64,000 nucleotides of DNA from the NCBI GenBank assembly GCA_003971905.1, contig RSEE01000034.1, positions 62,001-126,000 of the forward strand. Direction: 5' to 3'. Position 1 is the stretch's first letter. Each line of letters begins with the position of its first letter. Position numbers and translations under genes: made by a program. Below are positions 37,229 through 50,705 of this stretch, in pieces. The stretch is from Moniliella sp. 'wahieum'. Its lineage: Eukaryota. The notes beneath the pieces are model-generated. The model had not been told where the DNA came from. It saw only the letters and a program-made list of their open reading frames with translations, and did no database searches.

Positions 37229-39914
37229 ATGCCGCGCCTTGGCAGCTGGAACCCCGCCAAGGCCGCCGCCGCCGCCCGCCCCGACGCCGCCGCCACTCCC
37301 GATGGCCACGTCGTCGCTGTGCCTGTCCAGGACGCCGGCGCAGCTGCCTTGGCCGCCTTTGCTGGCCCCGGCGCCTCTCCTGCCGGTGCCTCTGCTGCCG
37401 GTGCCTCCCCCCCGCTCGCCGCGTCCCGCCGCTAGCGGCACTTCCTCGCCCAACAGCAGCCAACCCACATCGTCTCCTAACGCACATCCTGCCCCTGCCC
37501 CTGCCCCCGCCGCCGCACACCCGCCCTCGGCTCCCCACCACGCTGCGTCCCACTCCTCCTTCTTCAAGCGTGCCCCCCGTCCCGCCAGCCCTGCTGGCAG
37601 CGCCCACGCGCCCCCCCGGTCAGTCAACAAGCGTGCCTCCTCACTTGTCCTCCGCCCCCCCTCCCGACTCGTCCGAGCCTGGCCATGCACCTGCGTCGGG
37701 AGCGCCGCCGGCCAAGCGCGATAAGGAAGGTGGTCATTTGGTCAACGACCTTCGTCGCGTACGTTGTTCTTTGTTTCTCGCTTGGTCTGCGTTGTGGCGC
37801 TGGCGCAAGGGTGTGTCCTAGCTGACTCGTCCGCTCTTTTCTTCCAGTTCCTCTACCACCACCTCCACGTCACTGATAGGGCTGGGTCTGGCTCCAAGTC
37901 CGGCTCGGCGACACCACGGCGGGGCGCGACAGCCCGCCGCTGGGGGAGGACCGGGCACATATGAAGAAGTATGGCAAGTGGGGCAAGGTGTTGGGCAGTG
38001 GTGCTGGGGGCACGGTGCGGTTGATCAAACGGTCCAAAGACAATACCGTGTTTGCCGTCAAGGAGTTCCGTCCCATCCGTGCGGGGGAGAGCGAGAAGGA
38101 GTACTTGAAAAAAGTCACGGCCGAGTTCTGCATTGGCTCAACCTTGTCGCACATCAACATAATTGGGTGTTTGGACATTGTGTCGGACCGGGGCCACTAC
38201 TATGAGGTAATGGAGTATGCGCCCTTTGATCTGTTTTCGGTCGTGATGAGCGGGAAAATGTGTCGGAAAGAACTGTACTGCATCTTTCGTCAGATTGTGG
38301 ACGGGGTGGACTACCTGCACAACATGGGCCTCGCCCATCGTGACTTGAAATTGGACAATTGCGTCATGACCACCGACAACATTATCAAGATCATCGACTT
38401 TGGCACCGCCACTGTCTTTCATTCGCCGGGCAAGGCCAAGGTGGTCGCGACGGGCGTCGTGGGATCAGACCCGTACCTGGCACCAGAGGTGCTTAGTCAC
38501 CAAACCTACGATCCACGTTTGACCGATGTCTGGTCGTTGGGCATCATCTTTATGTGCATGGTGTTACGTCGGTTCCCATGGAAAATCCCAGATCCTAAAA
38601 CCGACCCTTCCTTCCGCTTGTACGTCAAGAGCCATCCGGAACTCAACCATCCCGCCGAAACGCATTCCGGAGCCGACTCAGGATCAGGTACGGGCACCAC
38701 CACCCCAGCTGTCCCCCCCACCCCACCGCGCAGGCCGAATGGTGTCGACCTTCGCCCACTCACTCCGGCTTTCCCGCCCGATCGCCTGCCACGCAGCAGC
38801 AGTCCCGACCAAACTTCTCCCGACCAAAGTTCGGACGCCGAGGCCGACCGGGATCCTCACGCCGACGCGGCACTTTCCTCCTCCAGCCCCGTCAAGCCAC
38901 GCGGACAAGCGTACGACGAGCGCGGCCCGCCACAGGCGGGCCAGAGTGGCGTCTTGACTATCTTGGAGCGAACAGCGAGCGGGGTACTGCCCAGCCGAAA
39001 CGTTTCGGCTGCCAACTTATCCCGCCCTGCTTCGCCTTCGCCGTTGGCGCACCATCATGTCGTGCCTCATATTCGTACGGCCCAAGAAGCTGGGTACACA
39101 GTCGCTGACTCGGCGCCGCCTTCGCGCGCCCGGACCCCCGACCCGCCCCCCGTTTTGCCCGAGGCCGACGAGGCCTCTGCGTCGGACAAAGAGAAGGAGA
39201 AGGAGAAGGAAAAGGAGACGAGAGAAGGAGAAGGAGACGGAGACGGAGAAGGAGAGGGAGCAAGGTGCGAGCGTGTCTGCGGACCCGCCCAGCAGCTCCG
39301 CCCGTCCGCCTGAGGCGCAGGCCGACGATGCGAGTGAGACGAGCGCGACGACGTACAAGTCCGGTGCGGCCGATAGCATTTTCCGGCTGTTACCGCGCGA
39401 GTCGCGGAGTGCATTGAGTCGCATGATGGCGATTGAGCCGAGTTTGCGCTGTACGTTGGGGGACTTGTTACGCGGGCACAAGCATTCCGACATGTACTCT
39501 CCGCTCGCACCGCCACAGTTGGGCACTCGAGTTGGTGCCGGTCGCACCAAGGCCAATGCAACTACCAATGCAGCTGCCAATGCGAATGCTAAACTTAATC
39601 CTGAAGTCGATATCAATGGGGCTGTCACGGGGTCTGTCAATGGAGCTGCGACGCCGATTTCAACGCCGTCCAACTCGGTCCTAGCTCACCCCGGTACGGG
39701 CTTGGCTTCGTCCTTGGCCTACCCGGACCTGCACCTACATGCGCTCGAGCTGGACGACGAGGACGAAGATGATACGGGCGACGCGTGGCTCAAGTCCATT
39801 CGTACCTGCGCGATGCTCAAGGTGGAAGCCAAGGGCCAAATCCCGGACCACACTCATGTCCAGCCCGCCCTCGACGAAGGTAAGAAGAAGCACGGCCTGT
39901 TTCATCGTGGCTAG
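37229..39914 (+). CDS. Hal/Npr-family Ser/Thr kinase (Hrk1/Oca2/Sat4-like)
   Basis: [59 protein letters not shown]; long insert before [18 protein letters not shown]. Intron 37759-37847; frameshifts in low-complexity parts. Confidence 0.92.
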
Positions 39915-40396
39915 CGCGCCGGCGACAGAGAGGTGCCGTTGCTCTTGTGTATGCTATGCTCATTCATCGGATTCTTAGGACTGCCGCCCGCGCCGCAGGC
40001 AGACGAGACGAGACGAGACGAGAGACTAGCGCTATGACAGGACACTAGGGCAGCCTGGAATAGGGCAATCGGATAGAACGCGAACGGTTTTTGGGGTTGT
40101 GGGCGACCACAAAAGGAGAAGAATGGAAAGGTAAAGAGAGCAGCTGGGGAACAGCAAATGAGAGAGGCACAAAGGCAGCCGATGGGCAGGGATCGTTCGA
40201 AGAAGAAATGATGGGAGGCAACGACACTGAATGGGAGGGGGGGGGGTGGCAATGCGTTGGATAGTTGCGGGAAGAAGGGGTAAGAGGCGGTAAGAGGCAA
40301 CGGGAGGGGCAATATCAGGGACAGCCGGAGTCCGTGCCCCTAACCAAACTTGGAAGCAAGAAGACGGAAATAAGAGGTCAAGCGAGGAAGGCTGTT

Positions 40397-42446
40397 CTAA
40401 AAGCGCTTGCTGCGCCGACGATAGAGGAAATAGCCCACTGCCGCCAACGCCAGCACAATGGGGACACCCAACCCCACACCAATGCCAATCCCAATCTTGG
40501 CGCCGGAGGACAATCCGCTGGAGGAAGACCACTTGGGCTGCACGCGCGTGTTGGGCGCCAGCGACACGTAGACGGGGTCCCCCCTGGCCGAACCACTTCC
40601 GGGGTTGGCGCTGTTGGCGTCGGTCGACGAAAGCGGGTGCCAGCGTTGCTGCGAAATGCGCGCGGCGACAAGACCAACAAAGGGAGCATTGTAGTCCAGG
40701 GCAATCTCCGACTGGGTCCAGTCGGAACGACGGTCATAGTACGTGTTGTCGCGGGCCGGACCGCCGGGCACGCCACCGTACAGCACATACGTCTCCTCTG
40801 GGGGGAGAAATCAATGTCGCCAATGTCGGTGCCGCCGGAAGCCATGGCGGAGTGGGGGTTGCGGGGCGAGTTGGAGTGGGTTCCAACAATGTAGACTGCA
40901 TTCATCGGGTTGAGACCGAGGAAGTAGGCCATTTGCTTGTCTGCAAACGACTGGTACGCCTCAGCTCGGTTGGCCACTCCAGTTCCAAACCCAGACTCGG
41001 AAGCAAATCCAGCCGCAATATCAAGCATCCACGCCGCATTCGCCGCGGGGTTCAATGATGCACCATCCGAGTCGCCCTTGAACCAGAGCAGACCGGTCGA
41101 GTTGCCCTCTGTCGCGGTAAGAGAGGTGTCGACAAGAGTACCGTTGACAATCTCATCGAGATACAGACCCAGCTGGGCTTGGTACTTGTTTGCATCAATG
41201 TTGAGCGCCGAGTTGTAAGCGGCGGCTTGGGTGAAAAGGAGTGCAGTCGCCGGGTCCTTTTGGTCCCAGTTGAGCGGACCGGTAATGCGTCCCTGAATCG
41301 AGTTGGAGGATTGTTGCAGCATTTGGTCAAAGTAATTCGAGGCAGCCGACGCATACGACGCATTGCCCGTGGCCAGAGCAAGCCAGAGGGCACCCATCGT
41401 CAACTCATCCAGAAAGTCGGTTGACGAGTAGACATTTTTGGCCTCGGGTACAGGCACTTGGTACAGTTGCTGAGGCTGCGATGTAGTGGCCAAGCGCCAC
41501 ATGTTTTCAGCCTCGGCCAAGAGCTGGGAGGCGTAGGTTTCATTCTTGATGCCCAGAGGGGAGGCGGTAGAGGTACCAACATTGGCCGATGAGTTGGAGG
41601 GAAGGGCATGGCCCTGGTACAAAAACGCACCTGCGGCAAGGGCAGAGGCAGCTGCGGCAAAGGCGTCGGTGCCAGGGGAAGATGCGTTAACCTGATAAGC
41701 CGGCCGGGGCGAGGGAATGTTGGTGTCACCACCCCAGTAGTTGTCGCCGTCGGGGCCAAAGTTGCCTACGAGGACCCAGAGGGTGTCGGGCGTGGAGGTA
41801 GCAGCCTTGGTGAGCCAGTCGAGACCCCAGCGAAGTGTGCTGTCAAGGTATTTGGCCTGGCGCGACAAAGCGTACCCATCGCCCCAGGTAGCACCTCCCC
41901 AGGCAATGGACTGGAGCGTCCAGCACAGCGGGAAGGTTGCCTTAATGAAGTCACCAGCATCAAAGAAGCCACCCGACAAGTCGACACCGGAGAGCTGCTT
42001 GCCGTCGTCGGTCAAGGACGAGTTGCGCCACCAGACACGATTGTCAGACGGGAGCTGACCTGAACGCTGGACGTCGTAGAAGTACAGAAGACTGCCGAGC
42101 AAGTTGGCCAGCTGCGGGTTGGCCTCCGTGTTGGCTGCGGCCAGGACAGAGGCTGGGGTAGCAATGGTGCCGTTTCCGTCGGTGGGAGGCAACCAGACAT
42201 CGTCGGACCAGCCTCCGAAGGCAGCCCCATCAGGAGAGCCACCGTTGGAGGAGCCCGAGGGGGGGTGTTGCCAGACGAGATGGTCTGCGACGGCGGGGCA
42301 GCGGAGGAGGAGGAGGAGGCGCCGCTGTTTGCGCTACCGCTGCCGCTGCCACTGCCGCCATCCTGTGCGCGGGCAATGGTCGCAAGCGCAGAGGTGGCGA
42401 GGGCGAGCACAGGGAGACGCCCACGCCGAGAGCGGGTGAGGCGCAT
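40397..42446 (-). CDS. Glycoside hydrolase family 9 endoglucanase with signal peptide and C-terminal TM anchor
   Basis: FYDVQRSG, DLSGGFFDAGDFIKATFP, SPRNPHSAMASG, YGGVPGGP..YYDRRSDWTQSEIALDYNA; C-terminal GAKIGIGIGVGLGVPIVLALAAVGYFLYRRR; several frameshifts. Confidence 0.93.
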
Positions 42447-44332
42447 AGAGGGGTGTGTGTGCGTTGGTGGTGGTGGTGATGGTGGCGGTGGTGGCGGCGG
42501 TTTCGGGGTGGTAGTGGCAGGGGGCCGGGTGAGAGAAACAACCAACGCATGCACTGCACTGGCCGCGTGCTGGGTTGTGTGCATACCGCCATCGCCCCGC
42601 CCGGGCTGGGCCTGCTGGGACGCATTTGGGCTGAGCGCGCGCTGAGCCAGGCGGCGGCGTGAGCGTGAGGCCAGTGCGCGTGCCCGCTCGGAACAACGCC
42701 GCAGCGCCGGCAGGGCGCCAGTCACGCGCATCACGGCGGAGTGCAGCGGTGAACTCCCCAGAGCCCCAGCCGCCGTGCGCCGACAGGCCAGGGACCGCTG
42801 AGTCTTCACCGGCACCCGTCCCCTGCATCACATCATCCCACCACCCCAACCCAGATCGCCGCAGGCACGCACCAGACCAGTGTGCGCTCGGCATTTGATC
42901 CGCCCCGGCTGGGCCACCCTCGGCCACCCACCGGTGCCATGCGGCCCAGTGCCCACGCGGTGAGCGAATAGCCGCCCTGTGCCCAGCTGCCGGCCGCAGC
43001 ATCAGCGCTGACGCGCTGACGGCCTGGCCGGGCACGGGACGGCACTGCGTCTGCGCTCCAGCCCATCAGGCTCAGGCCCAGTGTTGCTGCCTTGCGCAGC
43101 CGCGCACCCCCGCGTGTGTGCTGCGGTGGCTGGCTGCGGTCGTTCGCGCTCGCGGATGCGCTCGGCGAACCGCAAGTGCCCGGCGTACGCGTACCCGCGT
43201 AGCCGTACGCTTGAGAAGCAGCAAGCGGTAAGCGCCAAGGATCCTAGCCTGGCCCGTGCCTCGCCTCCACTTCAACCTCAGTACCCTCCGGGTGTTCATC
43301 GATCATCACATGTCACAACCCCCCCCAAAGCTAGCCGCCAAGACTGTGCCACGCTGCTTACGCCTTGGCAAGTGTCGGTGCGGTGGCTAGCAGCCAGCTC
43401 CCAGCCACATCTGACCGCCAGTCGTGCGTCGCTGGGCATCAGCGTCGTCGATCATCCGATCATCGCCATCCACCCCTCGCCCCCTCCCTCCCCGTCCCCC
43501 CGGCGCCGCCAAGGCTGGGTGTGACATGTGACTTCGCATGTGACGCTGGCACACATCCATCCAGTGCGCTGCTTGCCTGTGCTGGCGATTGTCAACTGGC
43601 GCTGGTGCACTGCAGCCGTGGCATGTGACAGACACTCTAGTCACTAGTCACTAGGTTACTAGTTACGAGTTACGAGTTCCCTAGTAGTTGCTAGTTACTA
43701 TAGTTCTGCGCTTGGCGTTATGCGTTTGCGTCGCATTACGCGTTGCGCGTTATGCTTCCTTCTCAGCCGGTCAATATTCAATGCTACCGGTACCAGAGTG
43801 GACTGCAACCCGCAGCGTTCTCATCATGTGACATGTGAAGGTAGGAGAAGATGAGCCGCTGTCGCACACACCGTCGCATCCCCCCTGCCTGTCCCTTCAT
43901 GCAGACGCCGTGTCTTCTTCGGCTTTTCTCCGTCTCACACGTTCGCGCTACGGCCATCTAAGCAGACGTTTTGTGTTGGTATACCACAGGGCGGGGCACT
44001 GAGGTGTATACATAACTAATCGTCATCATTTGCACCGCTCCTCCTCACCTGCATCCTCCCATCTCTCCCAGCTGCCTGTGCTTGTCTTGTGCGTCTACTC
44101 TACTCTTCTCCCGTCTAAGGCGCACAGTCACCGTCAGCCGCCCGTGCCCGCTGGAGTGGAGGAACGAGAGGGAGACGAGAAACAAGGTAGACCTTCCTCT
44201 GGCCCTCAGAGGGGACGCAGTGCATTGAATATTGATTGATCAACACCAATCCGCACCCGGGTGAGGTCGGAGGATCGATAGATTGGACAAGGATGAGATC
44301 TGAGATCGATGAACCCCACTGAGTACTCAGAC

Positions 44333-44356
44333 TGAGTACTAAGTACTAAGTACTGA
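44333..44356. promoter_or_regulatory. 7-bp-periodic TRA-GTAC array
   Basis: TGA GTAC TAA GTAC TAA GTAC TGA; regulatory role is inference. Confidence 0.45.
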
Positions 44357-44406
44357 AGACAGAGGGAGTGAGGCGGACCGAGTAACCGACCGATTCACAG
44401 CAAGCC

Positions 44407-47400
44407 TCATGACAAGCTGACGTTTTCGTGGTGGCGAAGGTGCGCGCGTGCGGCCGTGGCGGCAGCGGAGACCACATTGGCCTCGAGCTCGTCCAGCACG
44501 CGTTCGGTGCGGGACGGGGCGACGCCGCCGCGCTCGGCCCAGGTGGGGCGAGCGAGCCAGCGAGCGAGCAGGAGCCGTCGAACGGCCGAGTCGGACCAGG
44601 CGCCAGCCAGGCTCGGTTCCGATTCCGGATTCGGATTCGGATTCGGTTGGGTTTGGGGTTTAGGTTCCGGATTGGGCGCCGACAGCGTCTCGGTTGCCTC
44701 GGTGGTACCGGTGTCTGGTTCCTTTGACTGTTTCTTGTCCTTTGCCTTGACCTTGTCCTTTTGGGCTCTGCGCCGCTCCTCGAGCCCGACGGCACGCAGT
44801 GCTTCGCGTGGCAACGTGCTGAGCGTCTGTTCGTACACGCTTTCCGCTCTGGACGATTTGGTGGCCAACTGTGCCGCCGCCTTGGCGGCGGTGACCATGC
44901 CTGTGCGCGGGGTATCGAGGAGGGTGAGCAGGTGAGCAAGCGATTCACGATCGCCATGCGTTTGCGCATACAGCGCGCGCAAGCCCACTACCGTGGCGGC
45001 ATGCACCGCTTCGCCCTCCGGCCAGAGCTTGGCGGCCAACGGAGTGCGTACCAACTGGCCCGCATGCTCACTCACCAGGCCAAGCGCTTGCAATGCCACA
45101 AGCGCCGCGTCCGTCACGTGCTGGTCCAGCGCCGCCGGGCTAGCGGTAGAGCTCAAGCCGTAGAAACCGGGGTTGGCACGGGTCCGGACCGAGGCCAAGC
45201 TCCACCCCCACACGTCCAAAGCGTCTTGGCGCGTCCAGTGGCCGTGGCCGGGAGCGGGGACGAGAGCGAGAAGGGCGGTAGCCCAAGCGCCGAGCACAGG
45301 TGCGGCACTCGGGTCCGCAGGCAAAAGTGAGTCGAGCAGCGCCGATTCGAGCGCTTGGCCTTGTCGCAGCACTGCGTCGTAGTACGACACTTGGAACGGC
45401 TGACACAGAATGAGCACCTGGTGGCCCGACGTGCGCGCAGCAGGGGCCGAGACGAGACTGTGCATGCGCACCACGTCGGCAGCTGAGTAATCGACGAGGT
45501 TGTGTGTGCGTTCGCGCTGCAGCTCGTCGGAGCGCGCAACACGCATCGATTGTGTTCCCATCACCACCACCAACTGGCAGCGTAGGTTGGTCGTCCAGGC
45601 AGCCCAGCGGGGCAGGACGAGCGCACGAATGGAGCGCGTAAGAAAGAGATTCAGTACCAGTTTCTTCTCCGATGGCGAAAGGTGCTCGTCGTACACTGCC
45701 ACGCCATGGACCAAGGTGCGCGCCAAGTCGGACACGGGGCTGACGCCATGCGAGGCCAAGGTATATTCCAACGCGGCTTGCGACAGTTGCATCCAACTTG
45801 CGCCCGAGAGTGGGTCAAGCTCGCCAGCGGCCAAGGTGGCAAGGCCATCGGCCACTACCTGGGCAGCCGAACGGGACGACGAACGAAAAGTAACGCGCCG
45901 CCCACCCTGTCGGTCTCTTGCTCTTCAAGCACCAAGTTCTTCACGGCCTCAAACGCGGGTTTGATCATCGTCTGCAGCAAGGCATGCGAGTGGGTCCCAT
46001 CAACCGGGGTGAGCGTGTGGTGCACGCCGACGGGCCGCAAAGGAGGAGGGAAAGCGTAAATGCCCAACTCGTCCACCCCGATCCACTGCGCCAAGCCCGA
46101 AGGGTCGACCAAACTGGTTGTGCTCGCCACGATCCGAGCATTGGGCACGGCCATGCGTAGAAGCGAAATAGCCAACTCATACTCGGGCGACAAGAGCTGG
46201 ACCGAATCCACCAGGATCAGATCTAGTTGCGTCGGCTGTAGTCCGTCGGGCGCGTGGGAGAGACAGGCAAGCACCCACGCCAAGACCGTTCGAGGTGTCG
46301 AGAAGAGCACGCGAGCTTGGCTCTGGCTTATCCCGGAAACAGAAGAGGCTGCCGCGACGGAATGGAGGCGGTCGTTGCTTAGGGTGGCTACGGATTTGAT
46401 CCATGGCGTAAGCATGCGCAGGTCGGACCACAGACGCCCAGGATCCGGGCCAATGAACAATGCTCGCTTGGCACTCTTGGTGCCGCCCTCGAGGCCTTGG
46501 AAAAAGGGGAACAGAGAAAGAGCCATGGCGGTTGTACCTCCTGAGCGAGCAGGGAACGCAAGCAGAGTAGAACGGGTGGTGTGGAGAAGGGTGTGGGCAG
46601 CCCGGGTCTGGAGAGGGTTGAGTGTGCTGCCCCACCGAGGGGAGCAGCGTCAAACGAGGCGGCCAAGGTAGCTGGGTGCAAATCGGCCGTGGGCACGAGC
46701 GGTAGTTCGAGTGAATCCGTGGGTGGCAGAGAGGGTGTGAGGGGCCAAATGAGCCCACGAAGGGAGATGGTAGCCTCATCCTCGGCTCCGATCCACCGAT
46801 CCGACATCCAATGCATCGTCAAACTCGTCTCGGTCGGCGCCAAGGGAAAGAGGAACGTCACCGTCACACTGCGTTCGTGCTGATGGAGATGGATCGAGCG
46901 GGATTGGAGAATGGTGTGGTCCGAATCTTGCTCGAGCCAGACAAAGATGGGCTCTTGACCGTGATGCACCCGCTCATTCCATTCAAAATCGGGAACGATG
47001 ACCAAGTCGGCCTGGACATAGTCCCCCATCACGGGGCGCAGGCTCGTGTGCACCTTGACGTAAGGCAGTTGCCGAGCCGCTGAGCGCACTTGGTTCCCTG
47101 CGCGATCGTTGAGGTGGATCAACGTGCCCACCTCGTGCCCCGACAGAGCAGCGAGATCCCGCACCTCCATGTCGTCGGCATATCGAGTAAGATGAAAGAG
47201 GGTATTGTCGCCTCCCACCACGGCCGGCGGGAACTGGCGCAAAGGATGGTCAAACGGCCACAACCGTTTCTCCACCGCCAGCGACAACCCCACCGCCGCA
47301 TGAGCGAGTGGACCCCACGAGCGCGCAAAGGCAAGTTCGACCAGCGCACGCAAGATACGAGCCGCGTTTTGCGCCACATACGCCATCTCGGACACCAGCG

Positions 47401-50351
47401 CCGAATCGTCGACGGGCAAGCGCGAGATGTGGGCTTGCAACAGGGCATTCGCCTTGCCCGCCGCCGATGTAATTCCACCACCGCCAATCTCGCAAGCTGC
47501 CTTATCGACGAGACGGGTCAAATCAGCCATCTCTTCGTCGCGCGCCTTGAGCTGGGCAAAGTCCTCCCCGGCCGTCAAGGTAGAGAGCAAATCTGCCTCG
47601 CTCATACCCCGATGCAATTTGGAATTGAAGACAGCGACGGTCAAGTGCCCAATATAGTACCGCGCCGCGATTCGTCCCAACGAGGTGGGGGTGATCGTGC
47701 CTGCCGAACGGTCGGGAAGGGTAACCATGCCTTGGGCAGCGAGAGCGTCGTGGCCGCATCCACAAGCTGTCTCCGTTTGGCCCCGAGGTGTGGATCGTCG
47801 GCGACTTCGTCGGCAGTCAAGCCATACAGAATCGGGGCCTTGCACATGCGTGTTTGAAGGTAAGTGTAACTGAGCCAGGCCATCGCATCCTGTACCGAGG
47901 CCACCGTGCCCAGGGCCACCTCGGCGTTCAGCGCATCGGCGAGACCCTTGGTGAAGGCCGACTCGATGGGATGTTGGGACGTAACAGCTTCAACGTAATG
48001 CCCAAGCTTATCGACCGGGGTGCAAATGTAGCCCACGCCACGGTCCTCGTACTGGGGACGACCGGCCCGACCAAAGATCTGGAGCACATCGAGGATCGAT
48101 AGGTCGACCATTTTGCCCTGCCCCGCATCGAACACGTCCGTGCCCTTGATAACAACGGCATAGGCTGGCAGATTCACACCCCAAGCCAAGGTGGCAGTGC
48201 AGCACAATACGCGCGTCAGCCCCATCTCGAACAAACGCTCACTCAACGTTCGATCCGAACGCAGCATGCCCGCATGGTGAATGCCAAACCCAGCTTGGTA
48301 CAGGTCCTTGACGTCGCGGTTCTTACTTGCCGCCAAGTCGCGCAGCAGGTGGGGATGCATCTCTTCCAACTCGGTTCGCTGCAAGGCGAGCAGTTCGGCC
48401 TCACCCTCGTCGCTCAAAAGGGTACGCAAACTCTGTGCCGCCTTGACGGTCTCTTTGCGCGCATGAACAAAGACCATGACCTGGTTGCCCGCTCGCGTGA
48501 GTTCAAGCACCTTGTCAAACGTAGCCTTGTCCAAGTTGCCCCGAGCCAGCTGCGAGCCTGGCTTGCCCCGGACCCCAATAAAGTGTTGTTCGAGGGGGAC
48601 GGGTCGGAAGGAAGAGTCAAAATAGAACATTCCCTTGTATCGGTTGACCCGCAAAAAGTCTGCCACATCCACATAGTTGGGCAAAGTAGCTGACAGCCCG
48701 ACGATGCGGATCACCGACTGGCTGCGCTCCACCTGCCGCAGGGTACGAGCAACGATGGTCTCGATTACTGCACCCCGGTCGTCCGAAAGGAGATGGACTT
48801 CGTCAATGATCAACAGACGCACTGCATGTGCCATTCCATGGTCGCCACCTGGCTTACGCGTCACCACATCCCACTTTTCCGGCGTAGTGACGAGCATATG
48901 GGTTTCGTCCATCTCCTTGCGTGTGAGCTGCATGTCGCCCGTTAATTCCTTCACCACAACACCAAGGTAGGCGAGACGCTTGGAAAATTTGCGCACCACC
49001 TCGGCAGCAAGTGCCTTCATCGGCGCCACATAGACCATCTTGAATCGCTTGGCATCGGACACTTTCCACCCGCCTGGAGGGGTGGTGTGGGCATGCTGCG
49101 ACACGGCGCGTAGTACAGTAAGCATCGCCACATCCGTCTTACCTGCTCCCGTTGGCGCACAGATTAGCAAGTTCTCATTGGACCCATACCCAAGCGGGTA
49201 CACGGCCGATTGAAGGCGGTTGAGAGATTTGTATCCCTTAAAAGCAGGATGAGCAATGGGGTCCATGTCTTTGATGAGAACGGGCGGGCCTTCGCCAGCA
49301 CGTGGGGGTACATGGGGAGGCGGCGGGACGGTAATCTTCGTACTGCTTGTGTTCCTCGCGAAAGGTGCCCTGGGGAAGGGTGAACTTGGTTCCAAAAGCG
49401 CTCAACGAGTTTCCACCGCCCGTGCCTGACGAAAAGACGTGCGGGTAGCGTTCTCCCGTGTCGCCCAAGCGCTGCCGATCGGACAGATTCGGTGCCGGGC
49501 GCGAAGCAGCACGCAACAAGTCTTCTTGCCGGATTCGCAGCATCTCCTCGGTCGATAATACCTCCGGGTGCTCCTGGGGAGCTTCATGCGCTCGCGCCCG
49601 TTTGTCGCGACGTGCAGCTGCTTTGGCCGCCTTGGCCGCCCGTACCTCATCGGCGCTACGCACGATCAGTTGGGCACCCGGAGTGTAGGGCTTGGCAGAT
49701 ACCTTGCTCTGCGGTCCGGTGGTGGCTTGATTCGAGTACGGAGCCGAGTCGTAGTAGGCGGGCTCGGGCGATCTGGATGGCGGAGGTGACTGGAGGGGGG
49801 GGAGTCAGTGAGAAGGATCAGAGGCGCTAACAGGGGGGGGGGGGGGGGGCAGGTTGCATACGATTGCGGTGGGTGCGGGAAGGGGAGGTGGATTGGGGTC
49901 GAGCAAGCGGACGACAGAGGCGGCGTGTTGGACGAGGGTAGACGCGAGGTCGAGATGGTCAAATCCCAACAGCTCCGCGAGCTCGGCGGCTGCGACATCG
50001 GCGCTGCCAGATTGGAAGGGAGCAGACGGAATGGCGGACGCCTTGGGCGGCGCTTGGATCGGAGAACTGGGTGGCCAAGAGCTGGTCCAGCTGGGACACG
50101 GCTGCCACCGCCTGGGGCGAAGCATCGGCAACAGCAGCCTCGTCGGCAGCGGAGATCAGGGAGCGATCGGAGGGCGAGGGGGAGGCATGTGCGGGTGCGG
50201 TGGCCGAGTGGGCGGCGAGGGCGAGCCAGAGGGAGGCGGATGCGTGGAGGGGCTGGGGGGCAGTCGGGACGGGGGAGGGGGGGGAGGGCGCAGTGTGGGC
50301 GAGGAGGCGGGTGAGGAGGGCGGCCTGGTCGTCGTCGAGGTCGATGTGCAT
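44407..50351 (-). CDS. SLH1: Ski2-like tandem-cassette helicase Slh1/Rqt2/ASCC3 (ribosome quality control), second cassette degenerate
   Basis: [52 protein letters not shown] and a Sec63 domain ([34 protein letters not shown]); several frameshifts. Confidence 0.9.
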
Positions 50352-50705
50352 GGGGCCGGGGGGGACGGTGGGCAGGCGGGTGGAGGCGGTGGGGGGGGGG
50401 GCACAGGCCCGGGGGAAGAGCGGAATGGCAGGCGGAAAGAAAGGCGAGGGCGAGTGGCCGTGGGGACGATGTAAGGGTCCCATCGATGAGTCGGAGCGAG
50501 TCAGAAGACGAGACGGGTGGCTTGCACTTTGAAACTGGCGGGATGGAATTGAAACGCAGGGGAGTTTGAAATTGCAGGCGTGGCTTGGCAGCTGCCAACC
50601 AAGGAAAGGAATAACCGGCAAGGTGCGCAGCCCATCCCACACGCTGCCCAGTGCACGGTGGATGGTTACGCCGCTGCGTTACACGACCTGCTGGCTGCGA
50701 CCAGC

